This document shows, in pieces, positions 40,572 to 50,600 of a DNA stretch of 64,000 nucleotides (positions within the stretch are counted from its first letter, which is position 1; every line of letters begins with the position of its first letter). Position numbers and translations under genes: made by a program. Below the pieces are notes generated by a model. It did not search any database. It was not told where the DNA came from and was given only the letters and a program-made list of their open reading frames with translations. Origin of the DNA: an uncultured Poribacteria bacterium (GTDB lineage Bacteria; Poribacteria; WGA-4E; WGA-3G); NCBI GenBank assembly GCA_958296135.2, contig CATQHZ020000001.1, positions 2,400,001-2,464,000 of the forward strand. Direction: 5' to 3'.

Positions 40572-41399
40572 ATGCAAACCCACGAACACCCAAACCCCTG
40601 GGTCCAATCATACATCAACAACGGCTACCTGATGCTACCAGATATCGTCACACCCGAAGAATGTGACGAACTTAAGGCAGAAATGCTGAAGATTTTTCGC
40701 GGCGACTACGCATGCGAAGCGATTCCGCCAATGCCAGAAACCGCCAGCGAAACCCAAGTCCTCGACAGGATTATGTGCGTCGGCGAACCGCACGCGTTCA
40801 GCCCCCTCGTGCGCAGTTACGTTGAGCACCCTAAAATTTGTGAGGTGCTCCGAGAAATCGTCGGCGCGCACATCCCGTTCTGGGACAGCGGCGTGAAGTG
40901 CATGCAATCGATGATGCTCAGCAAAGTGCCGGGACACACCGGCAACCCATGGCATCAAGACGAACACCCCATCCCGACACGCGACCGGTCACTCATCGGG
41001 GTCTGGATTACGCTGGACGATGCCACGCTCGAGAACGGCTGCCTCTGGGTGCTACCGAATAGCCATCGCGCCGGGATAATTTACGACCGGTTCCCGCACA
41101 ACAAACGCGACGAATTTGATAGTTGTCACGAGGCTCGCGGTTTCGATGACAGCCCCGAGATTCCAATTGAGATGAAGGCAGGAAGTGTCCTCTTCTTCAA
41201 CGGCTACCTTTTACACAGGTCCAAAAAGAATCGGAGCAACACATTTCGCCGTATTCTGGTGAGCCATTACTGCTCAACGGCCTCGTGGTTAGGATGGAAG
41301 GGGCAGCGGAATTATCGCGGTATCGTCACCGTCGCGGGCGAAGATCCGTATGCGGACGAGGGAACTGTTACGCCGAACGTTTGGGCACGCTGGGAGTGA
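40572..41399 (+). CDS. Phytanoyl-CoA dioxygenase (PhyH) family protein
   Basis: WHQDE, ENGCLWVLPNSH and LLHRSKKN...RR. Confidence 0.9.
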   Translation: MQTHEHPNPWVQSYINNGYLMLPDIVTPEECDELKAEMLKIFRGDYACEAIPPMPETASETQVLDRIMCVGEPHAFSPLVRSYVEHPKICEVLREIVGAHIPFWDSGVKCMQSMMLSKVPGHTGNPWHQDEHPIPTRDRSLIGVWITLDDATLENGCLWVLPNSHRAGIIYDRFPHNKRDEFDSCHEARGFDDSPEIPIEMKAGSVLFFNGYLLHRSKKNRSNTFRRILVSHYCSTASWLGWKGQRNYRGIVTVAGEDPYADEGTVTPNVWARWE

Positions 41400-41444
41400 G
41401 GAAGATGAGGTCGAGCTCGGGCGAGCTCGACCTACGTAACCTGA

Positions 41445-44237
41445 CTACTTCAAAATCACCATGCGGCGCGTGGTTTGGAAATCGCCAGCGGTAAAGGTGT
41501 AAAAATAGATACCGCTCGCGACGCGGTTCCCGGATTCATCTTTGCCATCCCAATAGGCCGCCTTCTCGCGGCTCCGATAGCTGCCCGGCACCTGTAACCC
41601 GATATCCAAGTGGCGCACCAGCCGCCCATGAACATCGTAGATATGCACCGTCACCGCCGCCGGTTCTGCCAAATGGTAGGGGAGCCACGTTTCAGGGTTG
41701 AAAGGATTCGGATAATTTTGGAAAATGGTAGTCTGTTTGATGCGGCCGAGGGTGGTGAGCGTCCGATCGGCGGCATCGACAGAAAAAGGAATCTCCTCGG
41801 AACGGAACCCGAGGTCGATCGGGTTATAGATGAAGGCGGAACCAGCATTATCGCCCGCGCTATCGTTGCCAGCAGAACCAACGATAGCAAACGCGCCGCG
41901 GATAGCGACCGAGGCACCGAACCGATCTGACCGGTGCGTCCCACTCGCAACGATGCGCCGTTTCTGCACCCACGACAAGTCTTCCCGTAAAAAGGAGTAA
42001 GCGGAGCCTTTGTCAACCTCAACACTCGGGTCAATCCCTTCGCCAAGTGGATGGTCATCCTTCCACGCGCCGACAAGGGCGGTGCCTTCATGAATGGCAA
42101 CAGCGGAGCCGAATTCATCCCCCGCTTCGCCATCAACCGCGGCAAGTTTCGCCTGTTGCACCCACGTGGTGTTCGTTTTGACAAAAATGTAGGCGGCACC
42201 CATGTCCTCTTCACGCCGGTCCTCTTTGGGAGCACCGATGATGGCGGCATCTTCTGTCAAAGCCACCGCATAGCCGAATGCATCGCCGACACCAATATCG
42301 TTTGGAATGAGGACGAGCTCTTCTCCCCATGAATTGCCGCTGCGGGTAAAGAGATACACCACGCCGGAATCGGGGCCCGTCGCATCGCTCAAAGGCACGC
42401 CGGCGAGGACGGTATCGCCATGGACAGCAACAGAGAAACCAAACAGGTCACCTTGCAAGGCATTTCGATGCGTCAGTTTCGCCTGTTGCGCCCAGTTCGT
42501 GCCGTTTCGGACAAAAACGTAGACAGCACCGGCATCAGGACCCGCATCACCTTTCCCATACGCGCCAATGACGACGGTGTTTTCATGCACGGCGACGCTT
42601 GAACCGAACCGGTCGAAAATGCCGATATCTGCGCCGATTAACTTTGCTTGTTGAATCCACTCGTCGCCCGCGCGGACGAAAACGTAGGCTGCACCAGCAT
42701 CCGGGCCTGCATCATCAACACCGATGGCACCGATAACGACGGTGTCCGCATCAAGCGCGATGGCACTCCCAAACAGATCCCCCGGCTGCGCATCGTCAGC
42801 GGTGAGTTTCGCGCGTTGGAGCCACAGCGAACTGCTCCGCTCAAAAACATAAGCAGCCCCAGCGTTCGGCGCGACATCGTCATCTTGCTGCGCCCCAGAA
42901 ATGGCGATATTGCCGCTGATTGCAACAGCTATCCCAAACTGGTCTTCGGAGGCAGTTTCGCCATCGCTCAACTTAGTCGTTTCTACCCACGCCGCGTCCT
43001 CCCGCTGTTGAAAAATATAGGCAGCACCGGAGGCGAGGCCCCCCGCGCTGTGCTTCGGCGCGCCTGTGATGACTTCGCCACCACTAATGGCTACCGAAAA
43101 TCCCACCTGGTCGCCAGCACGTCTATCACCAACGGTGAGTTTCGTGTGTTGGTTCCAAAACGGAGGCGCATTGCGCGTGAAGATGTAGGCTGCACCGACC
43201 GGTTCCTCGCCGACAATGCCGCCGGTCGCACCGATGACAACTACCTCCCCCTCAATCGCAACGGAAGCACCGAAGCCGGTCGCGCCTTCCGGATCGATGG
43301 GAATCATGCGGATGCGGACGTTGTTTCTCTGCTGCACCCATCGCTCCCCATTGCGCTGAAAAATATAAACCGCACCGCTACTTTGAAAGCCCCGACTCTT
43401 ATTATACGGCGAACTCACAATCACAAAATCGCCATCAACGTCCACTGCATATCCGAACCTATCATCCTCTCTGGTATTGTTGCCGATGAGTTTTGCTTGG
43501 TGTATCCACCCGAATCCAGTCCGAATAAAAACGTGGGCGGCACCTGCATCGATGCCCTCCTCTTTATCACGAATCGCCCCGACGATGGCCGTATCAGCAT
43601 CTAGCCCAACAGAAAAGCCGAAGAATAAGAAATGGGCTGCATCAGGGGCAGTGAGTTTCGCTGTCTGATTCCAGACAGCACCGGTGCGTTCAAAAACGTA
43701 GACAGCACCGGAATCGGCAAACTTCGCAGAATTCGCGCGATGCGCACCGACGAGGACGGTATTATCATCTATCGCGACAGAGATACCAAAATAGTCACCG
43801 CGCGTCTCATCGGATGCGAGGAGCTTCGCCTGCTCCACCCACTCCGTGCCTTGACGGACAAAAATGTAGACAGCACCGGAACGTCTCCCAACTCCCGATT
43901 TCTTCGGAGCACCTACGACAGCGTAATTGCGACTCATCGAAAGAGTCGCGCCAAATTCATCGTTATCCAACGCATCACTGGCATGCAGTTTCTGATGCTG
44001 CACCCACCCAGTCTCGCTTCGGAAGAAGACTTGGACTGAACCCGCGTTTCTGCCGTTATCGGTATCATCTTTCGGCACGCCGACAAGCGCGTAATCGCCG
44101 CTGATACCGACGCTCGCGCCGAGATTGTCGTGGATGACAGCCGCGCTAGTGTTGAGTTGCACCCGGTCCGCGCCGCTGTGCGTCGCGAAACCGATGCCTA
44201 AAAAAACGATAAGTATCGCCGTTTGCAGTCTATTCAC
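41445..44237 (-). CDS. Secreted FG-GAP (integrin-alpha-like) repeat protein with a FlgD-like C-terminal domain
   Basis: GTG start with GGAGG SD, a signal peptide, ~14 D.FG.SVAI.G...VGA...GA.Y.F repeats and NYPNPFNPETW. Confidence 0.9.
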   Translation of the reverse strand: MNRLQTAILIVFLGIGFATHSGADRVQLNTSAAVIHDNLGASVGISGDYALVGVPKDDTDNGRNAGSVQVFFRSETGWVQHQKLHASDALDNDEFGATLSMSRNYAVVGAPKKSGVGRRSGAVYIFVRQGTEWVEQAKLLASDETRGDYFGISVAIDDNTVLVGAHRANSAKFADSGAVYVFERTGAVWNQTAKLTAPDAAHFLFFGFSVGLDADTAIVGAIRDKEEGIDAGAAHVFIRTGFGWIHQAKLIGNNTREDDRFGYAVDVDGDFVIVSSPYNKSRGFQSSGAVYIFQRNGERWVQQRNNVRIRMIPIDPEGATGFGASVAIEGEVVVIGATGGIVGEEPVGAAYIFTRNAPPFWNQHTKLTVGDRRAGDQVGFSVAISGGEVITGAPKHSAGGLASGAAYIFQQREDAAWVETTKLSDGETASEDQFGIAVAISGNIAISGAQQDDDVAPNAGAAYVFERSSSLWLQRAKLTADDAQPGDLFGSAIALDADTVVIGAIGVDDAGPDAGAAYVFVRAGDEWIQQAKLIGADIGIFDRFGSSVAVHENTVVIGAYGKGDAGPDAGAVYVFVRNGTNWAQQAKLTHRNALQGDLFGFSVAVHGDTVLAGVPLSDATGPDSGVVYLFTRSGNSWGEELVLIPNDIGVGDAFGYAVALTEDAAIIGAPKEDRREEDMGAAYIFVKTNTTWVQQAKLAAVDGEAGDEFGSAVAIHEGTALVGAWKDDHPLGEGIDPSVEVDKGSAYSFLREDLSWVQKRRIVASGTHRSDRFGASVAIRGAFAIVGSAGNDSAGDNAGSAFIYNPIDLGFRSEEIPFSVDAADRTLTTLGRIKQTTIFQNYPNPFNPETWLPYHLAEPAAVTVHIYDVHGRLVRHLDIGLQVPGSYRSREKAAYWDGKDESGNRVASGIYFYTFTAGDFQTTRRMVILK

Positions 44238-44859
44238 GTTCGCCTCCTGCCGTGAGTTGACAAATCTTCTGTCCCTTATCATCGCCATACCACAAGTGGG
44301 TGCCATCCCATGTGAGCCCGTGCGGTTCAGTAGGACAGGAGACTGCGTCCAAAACTTCGCCGGTATCCGGATGGACGCGGTAAATTGCCCAATCATTGGT
44401 ATCCACGTTCCAGAGTGCTTCGCCATCCCAAGCGAGGCCATGCGCGCGGCCACCGGGGGTCGCGAGTTCCGCGAGGATTTCTCCGGTTTTTGGACACTGC
44501 TTCACGAAACGGCTCGTGTTCATGTCCACACTCCAAAGATGCTCGCCATCCCACGCTAATCCGTGCGGCCCCTCCCCAGGCGATGGAAAGGTGGTGACGA
44601 CTTCTAAGGCCGGCACCGATAATTTGTAAAAAGTCTGTTGCCAGATGCTATTATACCAGAGATGTTCACCATCCGATTCCAACCCCGAACTGCCCGGATA
44701 CGGCGGCGTAAGCGTCAGTAAAACTTCCCCGGTTTCCGGTTCGATTTTGTGGATGGGGCCAACTCCCTCAACACTCCATAGGACTTCCCCTTGCCATGCG
44801 AGCCCGTTAGTGCCGGCACCGGGAGCAGCAAATTGATGTGCAACGATTCCTTTCCGCAT
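44230..44859 (-). CDS. Beta-propeller protein with GLAWDG repeats (glutaminyl cyclase-like)
   Basis: Five GL(A/E/T)(W/S)(D/Q)G..LW repeats. Confidence 0.75.
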   Translation of the reverse strand: MRKGIVAHQFAAPGAGTNGLAWQGEVLWSVEGVGPIHKIEPETGEVLLTLTPPYPGSSGLESDGEHLWYNSIWQQTFYKLSVPALEVVTTFPSPGEGPHGLAWDGEHLWSVDMNTSRFVKQCPKTGEILAELATPGGRAHGLAWDGEALWNVDTNDWAIYRVHPDTGEVLDAVSCPTEPHGLTWDGTHLWYGDDKGQKICQLTAGGERE

Positions 44860-44877
44860 TTTTTTATCCTCCGCGTC

Positions 44878-46098
44878 CTATAAACGAGCCAATGCCTCCT
44901 GAATTTCCGTGATAACCCCCGGTTCGTCTTCAACGGCTAACCGAGTCTTTAATAGCCGCACGGCAGTCTCACCACCAATCTGCCCGACTGCCCACGCTGC
45001 GTGCCCTCGAATGAGGGGTTCATCGTCAGCTAACGCTATTTTAAGTGCAGGCAGCGCGGCACGCGCACCCCAATTGCCGATAGCCACCAGCACATTCCGC
45101 AGAAATCCCCGGCGCTTGGCACGCTTGATAGGACTCCCCTTAAACCGACTGCTGAACTCCACCTGTGTCATGTTGACAAGCGAAAGCAGCTCCGGCGCGA
45201 GATTACCCGCGCGCGGATAAAACGCCTGTTCAGTTGTAGGCATCGCCTTGCTGTTCCACGGGCAAACCTCTTGGCAGATGTCGCATCCAAAAATGAGGTT
45301 GCCCATCTTCGGGCGAAGTTCCATCGGGACGCTCTCCTTCAGTTCTATCGTAAGATAGGAGATGCACAACCGTGAATCCAAGACGTTCGGTGCAACAATA
45401 GCGTCTGTCGGGCAGGCCTCGATGCATCGCGTGCAGGTACCGCAGCTGCCTCGTGGCAGCGTGGCATGGCGAGGCACAGTCCCTCGCCCTACGGGAAAAT
45501 CGGGTACCTCTGTCGATTCTAACGGGACATTGACAAGCACCTCCGCGAGGAAATACCATGAACCGGAACGCCAATTGATAAGATTCGTATTCTTGCCTAT
45601 CCAACCGAGCCCAGCTTTTTGTGCGTATTCTCTCTCCAGAATCGGGGCAGTATCCACGCAAACCCGCGATGTGTATCCCGTTTCAGACAGCGTGCATCTC
45701 ATAAATTCGACAAGGTGTCGAAGGCGTTCCCGGATAACGTCGTGATAGTCGTCGCCCCATGCATAGCGTGAAATTTGCCCGCACCCCGGGTCTGTCGCGA
45801 GGGACTCGGGGGTATCCAGCGTGTAATAGTTCATCGCGAGACTAATGACAGACTTCGCCTCTGCGAGGAGCCGCCTCGGGTCTTCCTTGAGCGGCAAATG
45901 CTTTTCAAGGTAGTCCATTTTTCCGGCGTATCCGTTTTCAATCCAATCGCGATAACGCTGGAGCGTTTGACTTTGTGCCGCCGGTGTAACTCCGACGAGT
46001 GCGAAACCGAGTTCGTGGGCGCGCGTCTGGATCTGTTGAGTCAACGAGATTTTTTGTTGCAATCTGATTTCCCCCAGCTTTTTGTGCAACTGCAACAT
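44878..46098 (-). CDS. queG: tRNA epoxyqueuosine reductase; start uncertain
   Basis: ISRYAWGDDYH, VDTAPILER, GLGWIGKN, CGTCTRCIEACPT, GCDICQEVCPWN and a HEAT tail. Confidence 0.95.
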   Translation of the reverse strand: MLQLHKKLGEIRLQQKISLTQQIQTRAHELGFALVGVTPAAQSQTLQRYRDWIENGYAGKMDYLEKHLPLKEDPRRLLAEAKSVISLAMNYYTLDTPESLATDPGCGQISRYAWGDDYHDVIRERLRHLVEFMRCTLSETGYTSRVCVDTAPILEREYAQKAGLGWIGKNTNLINWRSGSWYFLAEVLVNVPLESTEVPDFPVGRGTVPRHATLPRGSCGTCTRCIEACPTDAIVAPNVLDSRLCISYLTIELKESVPMELRPKMGNLIFGCDICQEVCPWNSKAMPTTEQAFYPRAGNLAPELLSLVNMTQVEFSSRFKGSPIKRAKRRGFLRNVLVAIGNWGARAALPALKIALADDEPLIRGHAAWAVGQIGGETAVRLLKTRLAVEDEPGVITEIQEALARL

Positions 46099-46121
46099 GG
46101 CGAGGGGGGCAGGCCCTCACC

Positions 46122-47222
46122 CTACGAACCACGGAAAGAACCGCGCGGATATGAACCCAGAATCTTGACACTCCGACACAAACCTTCAAGTTGCTCTAAT
46201 GCGGAGCAGACCTTTGGCTCGGCGACATGTCCATCCATCTCCACAAAGAAAATATACTCCCACGGTTCGGCGCGCGAAGGCAAAGACGCTAGGTAACTCA
46301 TATTGAGTCCATGTTTCTTTAAAATGCCGAGGACCTGATACAGCGCGCCGACTTTATCGCGAATCGCGAAGAAGAGCGATGTCCGGTCTGCCCCGCTTGG
46401 CTGCGCCTCACACTCGCCGATAACGAAGAACCGGGTGGTATTGTTCGGCTCATCCATGATGGAATCGGCGACGATTGGCACCTGATAAATGTCGCTAGCC
46501 AGGCTGCTGGCGATGGCACCCGCCATCGGTTCCGCCGCCGCACGCTGCGCCGCCACAGAAGTGCTGACAACCTCTACCTGCTCCACCGCTGTCATAAACC
46601 GGTTTAACCAGATGCGGCATTGCGCGAACGGCTGCCGATGCGAGTAAAGCCGCCGGATTTCCGCCAACGGTGACATGGAAAGCAGATGCTGTTTGACCGG
46701 TTGATAAACCTCGGCGCAAATTTTCAACGGAGTGCGTTGGAAACGTTCCAACACATCGCGCACCGTGCCCTGAACGGAGTTTTCAATCGCCACTACGCCA
46801 AAGTCCGCACGCCCAGCTTCGACCTCGGTGAAGATGTCGGCTTGCGGCTGCACCGGTATGAGCGCAACCGAGGAACCGAAATGGCATAAACTCGCGAGAT
46901 GTCCAAAACTACCGACGGGGCCAAGGAACGCCACCCGTTCCGGTGCTTGCAGCGCACGTGAAGCGGACAAAATCTCTGTCCAGACTGCCTCCACCGCGGC
47001 ATCTGAAAATGTCCCGTGGGCACCGTGGCTTCGGTTGCGCGCTTTCAAGCGTTCAATTACTTCCCGGTGGCGATGGGGGACGTAGACATTTGACGTACCG
47101 GTTTCTGTTTTAAAGGCACCTACCTGCTTAGAAATCTCCGCGCGTTTTTGCAACAGAGATAAAATCCGGTCGTCGATGTCGTTAATTGCATCGCGATAAT
47201 TTTCGAGTTCGGAATTTTTCAT
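46122..47222 (-). CDS. pheA: Chorismate mutase / prephenate dehydratase
   Basis: N-terminal CM domain, AFLGPVGSF, IENSVQG, NTTRFFVIG and an ACT domain. Confidence 0.95.
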   Translation of the reverse strand: MKNSELENYRDAINDIDDRILSLLQKRAEISKQVGAFKTETGTSNVYVPHRHREVIERLKARNRSHGAHGTFSDAAVEAVWTEILSASRALQAPERVAFLGPVGSFGHLASLCHFGSSVALIPVQPQADIFTEVEAGRADFGVVAIENSVQGTVRDVLERFQRTPLKICAEVYQPVKQHLLSMSPLAEIRRLYSHRQPFAQCRIWLNRFMTAVEQVEVVSTSVAAQRAAAEPMAGAIASSLASDIYQVPIVADSIMDEPNNTTRFFVIGECEAQPSGADRTSLFFAIRDKVGALYQVLGILKKHGLNMSYLASLPSRAEPWEYIFFVEMDGHVAEPKVCSALEQLEGLCRSVKILGSYPRGSFRGS

Positions 47223-47340
47223 CGTGCTCGCAGTATGACGAGGGACAACTTCCCCTCGCCCAACGATTCAGTGCGGCACGGCGAGGGACAGGTGCTCCCT
47301 CGCCCTACCGATAACAGGCGGATATGAACGACATCCACCT

Positions 47341-47586
47341 CTACGAGTTGAGTTGCCGCATAGCGGCAATCATCTCATCGTCTGAGGGGTTGTTTTGCAC
47401 CATATCAACGAACGCCTCAGCAGTTAACTTGTGTTCCTCCAGGAACATCTTGTCCTGTGGTCACGGGTAGATATAATCGCCGATGATGCCCTGCAGCCTG
47501 GCGTTGGCTTTATCGGCGATTCGGGCTAACCACGGGATGTTCCCGATGATCATATCCCGGTGCCTCGGTTTCCAATCAAGTGCCAT
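47341..47586 (-). CDS. DUF5069-like protein with in-frame UGA at codon 42 (putative selenocysteine)
   Basis: AGGAGG SD 8 nt before ATG. Translation: MALDWKPRHRDMIIGNIPWLARIADKANARLQGIIGDYIYP-UGA-PQDKMFLEEHKLTAEAFVDMVQNNPSDDEMIAAMRQLNS*. Absent from the ORF track. Confidence 0.75.
47432..47447 (-). promoter_or_regulatory. Candidate bacterial SECIS hairpin UGUUCC-UGGA-GGAACA
   Basis: Perfect stem starting 14 nt after the UGA, with a G-containing loop about 21 nt downstream. Confidence 0.55.
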
Positions 47587-47695
47587 AGTTTGCACCTCCT
47601 ATAAGGTAGGCGGATTATAGACTCTGCCTACCGGGTATTCCGTAGGCGCGGTTTCCAACCGCGCACGGATAACTCAGAAATTCCATAAGCGTGGT

Positions 47696-50600
47696 TTATT
47701 GTGCGTTTTCCTCAAGCCGCCTCAAAGTTTGCTCTAAAAGCCTGAGGTAGCGGCCGTATTCTGCCCACTTCCCGGCCCGCTGCGCGGTTTGCGCCTGCTT
47801 CAAATAGGTATTCGCCTGCTCAACGAGGCCACGCGCAGACGTTTCGCCAATAGGCTCTCCGGCACCCTCTGCCGCAGGCAGCATCGCGTCGGAAGCAGCC
47901 GGGGTATCCACGCCGAACATCTTGATGAGTGCCGCGTCAAAACTTTCACCCCAGACAACATTCTCTTTGTAACCGACAACAACGCGCCGCAACTCAGGAA
48001 TCGCTGTCTTCTCATCTTCCGACTGGATATAGATGGGTTCGACGTAAAGGAGCGAGTTGTTCATCGGCAGAATCAGCAGATTGCCGCGGAGAACACGTGA
48101 ACCTTGCGTATTCCATAGGCTGATCTGCTGCGAGATGTCGGGCTCCTGGCTAATGAAGTTTTCCACCTGCATCGGCCCCGGCACCAATTTCCCTTTCGGA
48201 AAGCGGTAGACAAGAAGCTGCCCGTATTGCGGCAGATCGCACCGCGCCGCCAACCATGCAGTCAGGTTCGGTTTGTTCCGCGGCGTAAACGGCAACATCA
48301 ACATGAATTCCGCCTTCTCCTGCCCTGGCAGCCGGATAACCACATAGTAGGGTTCAACGTCCTGAACGTTTGAGGGTGAACTTTGAACCACCGGGCGTTG
48401 CGGCGCAAACGGACCCGCTTGCTGCTGCGGCGCAATTTGCCGAGATTGCGAATCAGTGTTGTCATACAACTCTCTACCGATTTCCCACTGGTCCTCGCCC
48501 GCATAGAACGTGACCGGGTCTTTCATGTGGTAGTCTCGATAGACGTTGGCCTGGATAAGGAACATCCCCATCGGATAACGGATATGCGCTTTTAACTCCG
48601 AAGGCATTTCCTCAAACGATTTGAATAGATTCGGAAAGATTCTGTCGTAGCATGCCGCAATCGGGTCCTGCTCCTGCTCAACCCGGTAAAAATCAACCGT
48701 GCCATCATACGCATCAACGACGACTTTCACCGAATTTCGGATGTAGTTCCCCCACGGCTCACCGTCCCGCCGTGTCGGCGGCACAGGCCCTACAGTCCGC
48801 CGACGCGGCGTAAGTTCTCTCATCGAGAGCGAATAGGGATACCGGTGCGTGACAGTGTAGGCATCAATCATCCAAACCAGCCTGCCATTGTGTAGAATGA
48901 TATAAGGGTCTCCATCATAGCGTAAGAAGGGCGCGATTTTATGGACGCGCCTCTTGATATGCCGTTCATAGAGAACCCGACTCGTCGGCGTAATCTCGCC
49001 CGGCAGGATAAAGTTGATCTGCGTATCAAACTTCAACATGTAGACGAATTTGCGCCAGAACGACGTGAGCGGCACGCCGCCTTTGCCCTGATACGCGTTC
49101 ATGGCGTATCGCTGTCCCTCTTGCGGGTAATCAAATTCTAATGCCTCCGCCCGGTCCGGATGCACGATGACATACCGGTCGGTGCGTTCACCGTAGTAGA
49201 TACGCGGACCGGGCTCATCGTTGAAGCGGTGCGGCCAGTCCGGTGCATAGTCAATCGGCGGCAAGCCTTGAATGGACATGTTCGGTTTGCCGTTATCGAT
49301 CTCATTGACAGGACTCAAGACCGCGCCATACCCATGCGTATAGGTGTAAGTCTGCTTATACCAATCATTTCTTATCTCCGTAGGGAGTTCGTTGATGTTG
49401 AGCTCGCGCGCAGACAACATCACCTGCCGAATTTCATCGTCAATAGGATACCGGTCGATATCCACATCGTAGAAGTCATACTGCGAACGTAACTCTTGCA
49501 ACTGCCGGAAGGTTCTGCGCAACGGCCGCCAATCCCAAAGGCGAATGCTGTTAATAACCGGGGCGTTCTCAGGGCCCGTGATGTCGCTATAAGCGAGCTC
49601 CTCTGTGAGCGGATATTCCTTTTCGGTTACGGTGCTCCCCTCTAAGCCGTAAGCTTGGAGCGTCGCCTTGATGTTATAGTTGATAAACTCGGGCTCCAAC
49701 TCCTGTTTTCTCGGTTCAACCTGCCATGTCTGGACAAGCGTCGGGTAGAGCTGGCCGAGGACACCCGCAACGATAAAGACAGCAAACGCGCCGAAGGCAA
49801 CCCTGGTCCGCCGCAAGAAGATGCTAATGAAGAACACCAAGGCGCACAGCACTGTGAGCCCAAGCAACAGGTATAAAATCGGCAGGCGCGCGTGCATCGC
49901 CGCATATCCACCACCGGCACGCACCACATCGTTTGACGTATAGAGCAGATCGAACATGGCGAAGCGGTAGTTCCAGGCGCGAAATAGCAGCGTGACAGCA
50001 ACAAGGACGAACAGATGCGCTTTCACCGCAGGCGGCGGACGAAACCGGAGTTGGTTCGTATCGCCGGTGATGAGCCCGTGGAAAAAGTAGATGACGACAG
50101 AAAATATCGTCACTAACAAAAACATCCCGAAGAACGTCCCGCAAATGTACCGCTCCAACGGCATTTTAAAGACGTAGTAGGCGACATCCTTGTTGAAAAT
50201 CGGGTCGCGAGCGACTGACGTGAACGATGCTTCTTGCCCGGCCTCTACCTGGATAGTCGTATTCAGACGGAGCCCGTTTTCTAGCAACGCTTCCACGCGC
50301 GCTGTCTGGTTGTTTCCATCAACTCGAACGTTGATTTCATCGCCGACCTGGAGGTTCTTCGCTTGTAGTTCCAGTGGAGCAACTGGCACCTCAGCGGAAT
50401 TGAGAGAATCGGGTCCAGAGCTCCCCCCTACAAGGATAGGTGTAGCTGTTTGGAACTCAAGTCCATCGGCGTTCCGATAACGCAGCCAGAGCTCCCACCG
50501 GTCGCTGGCGGCATAACCCATGAAGATACTGAAGAGAACGGCGAGTAGTGCCAGCCCGCCGTAAATGAGTTTGCGCGTGTCGCCTCCACTTCCAAGCGAA

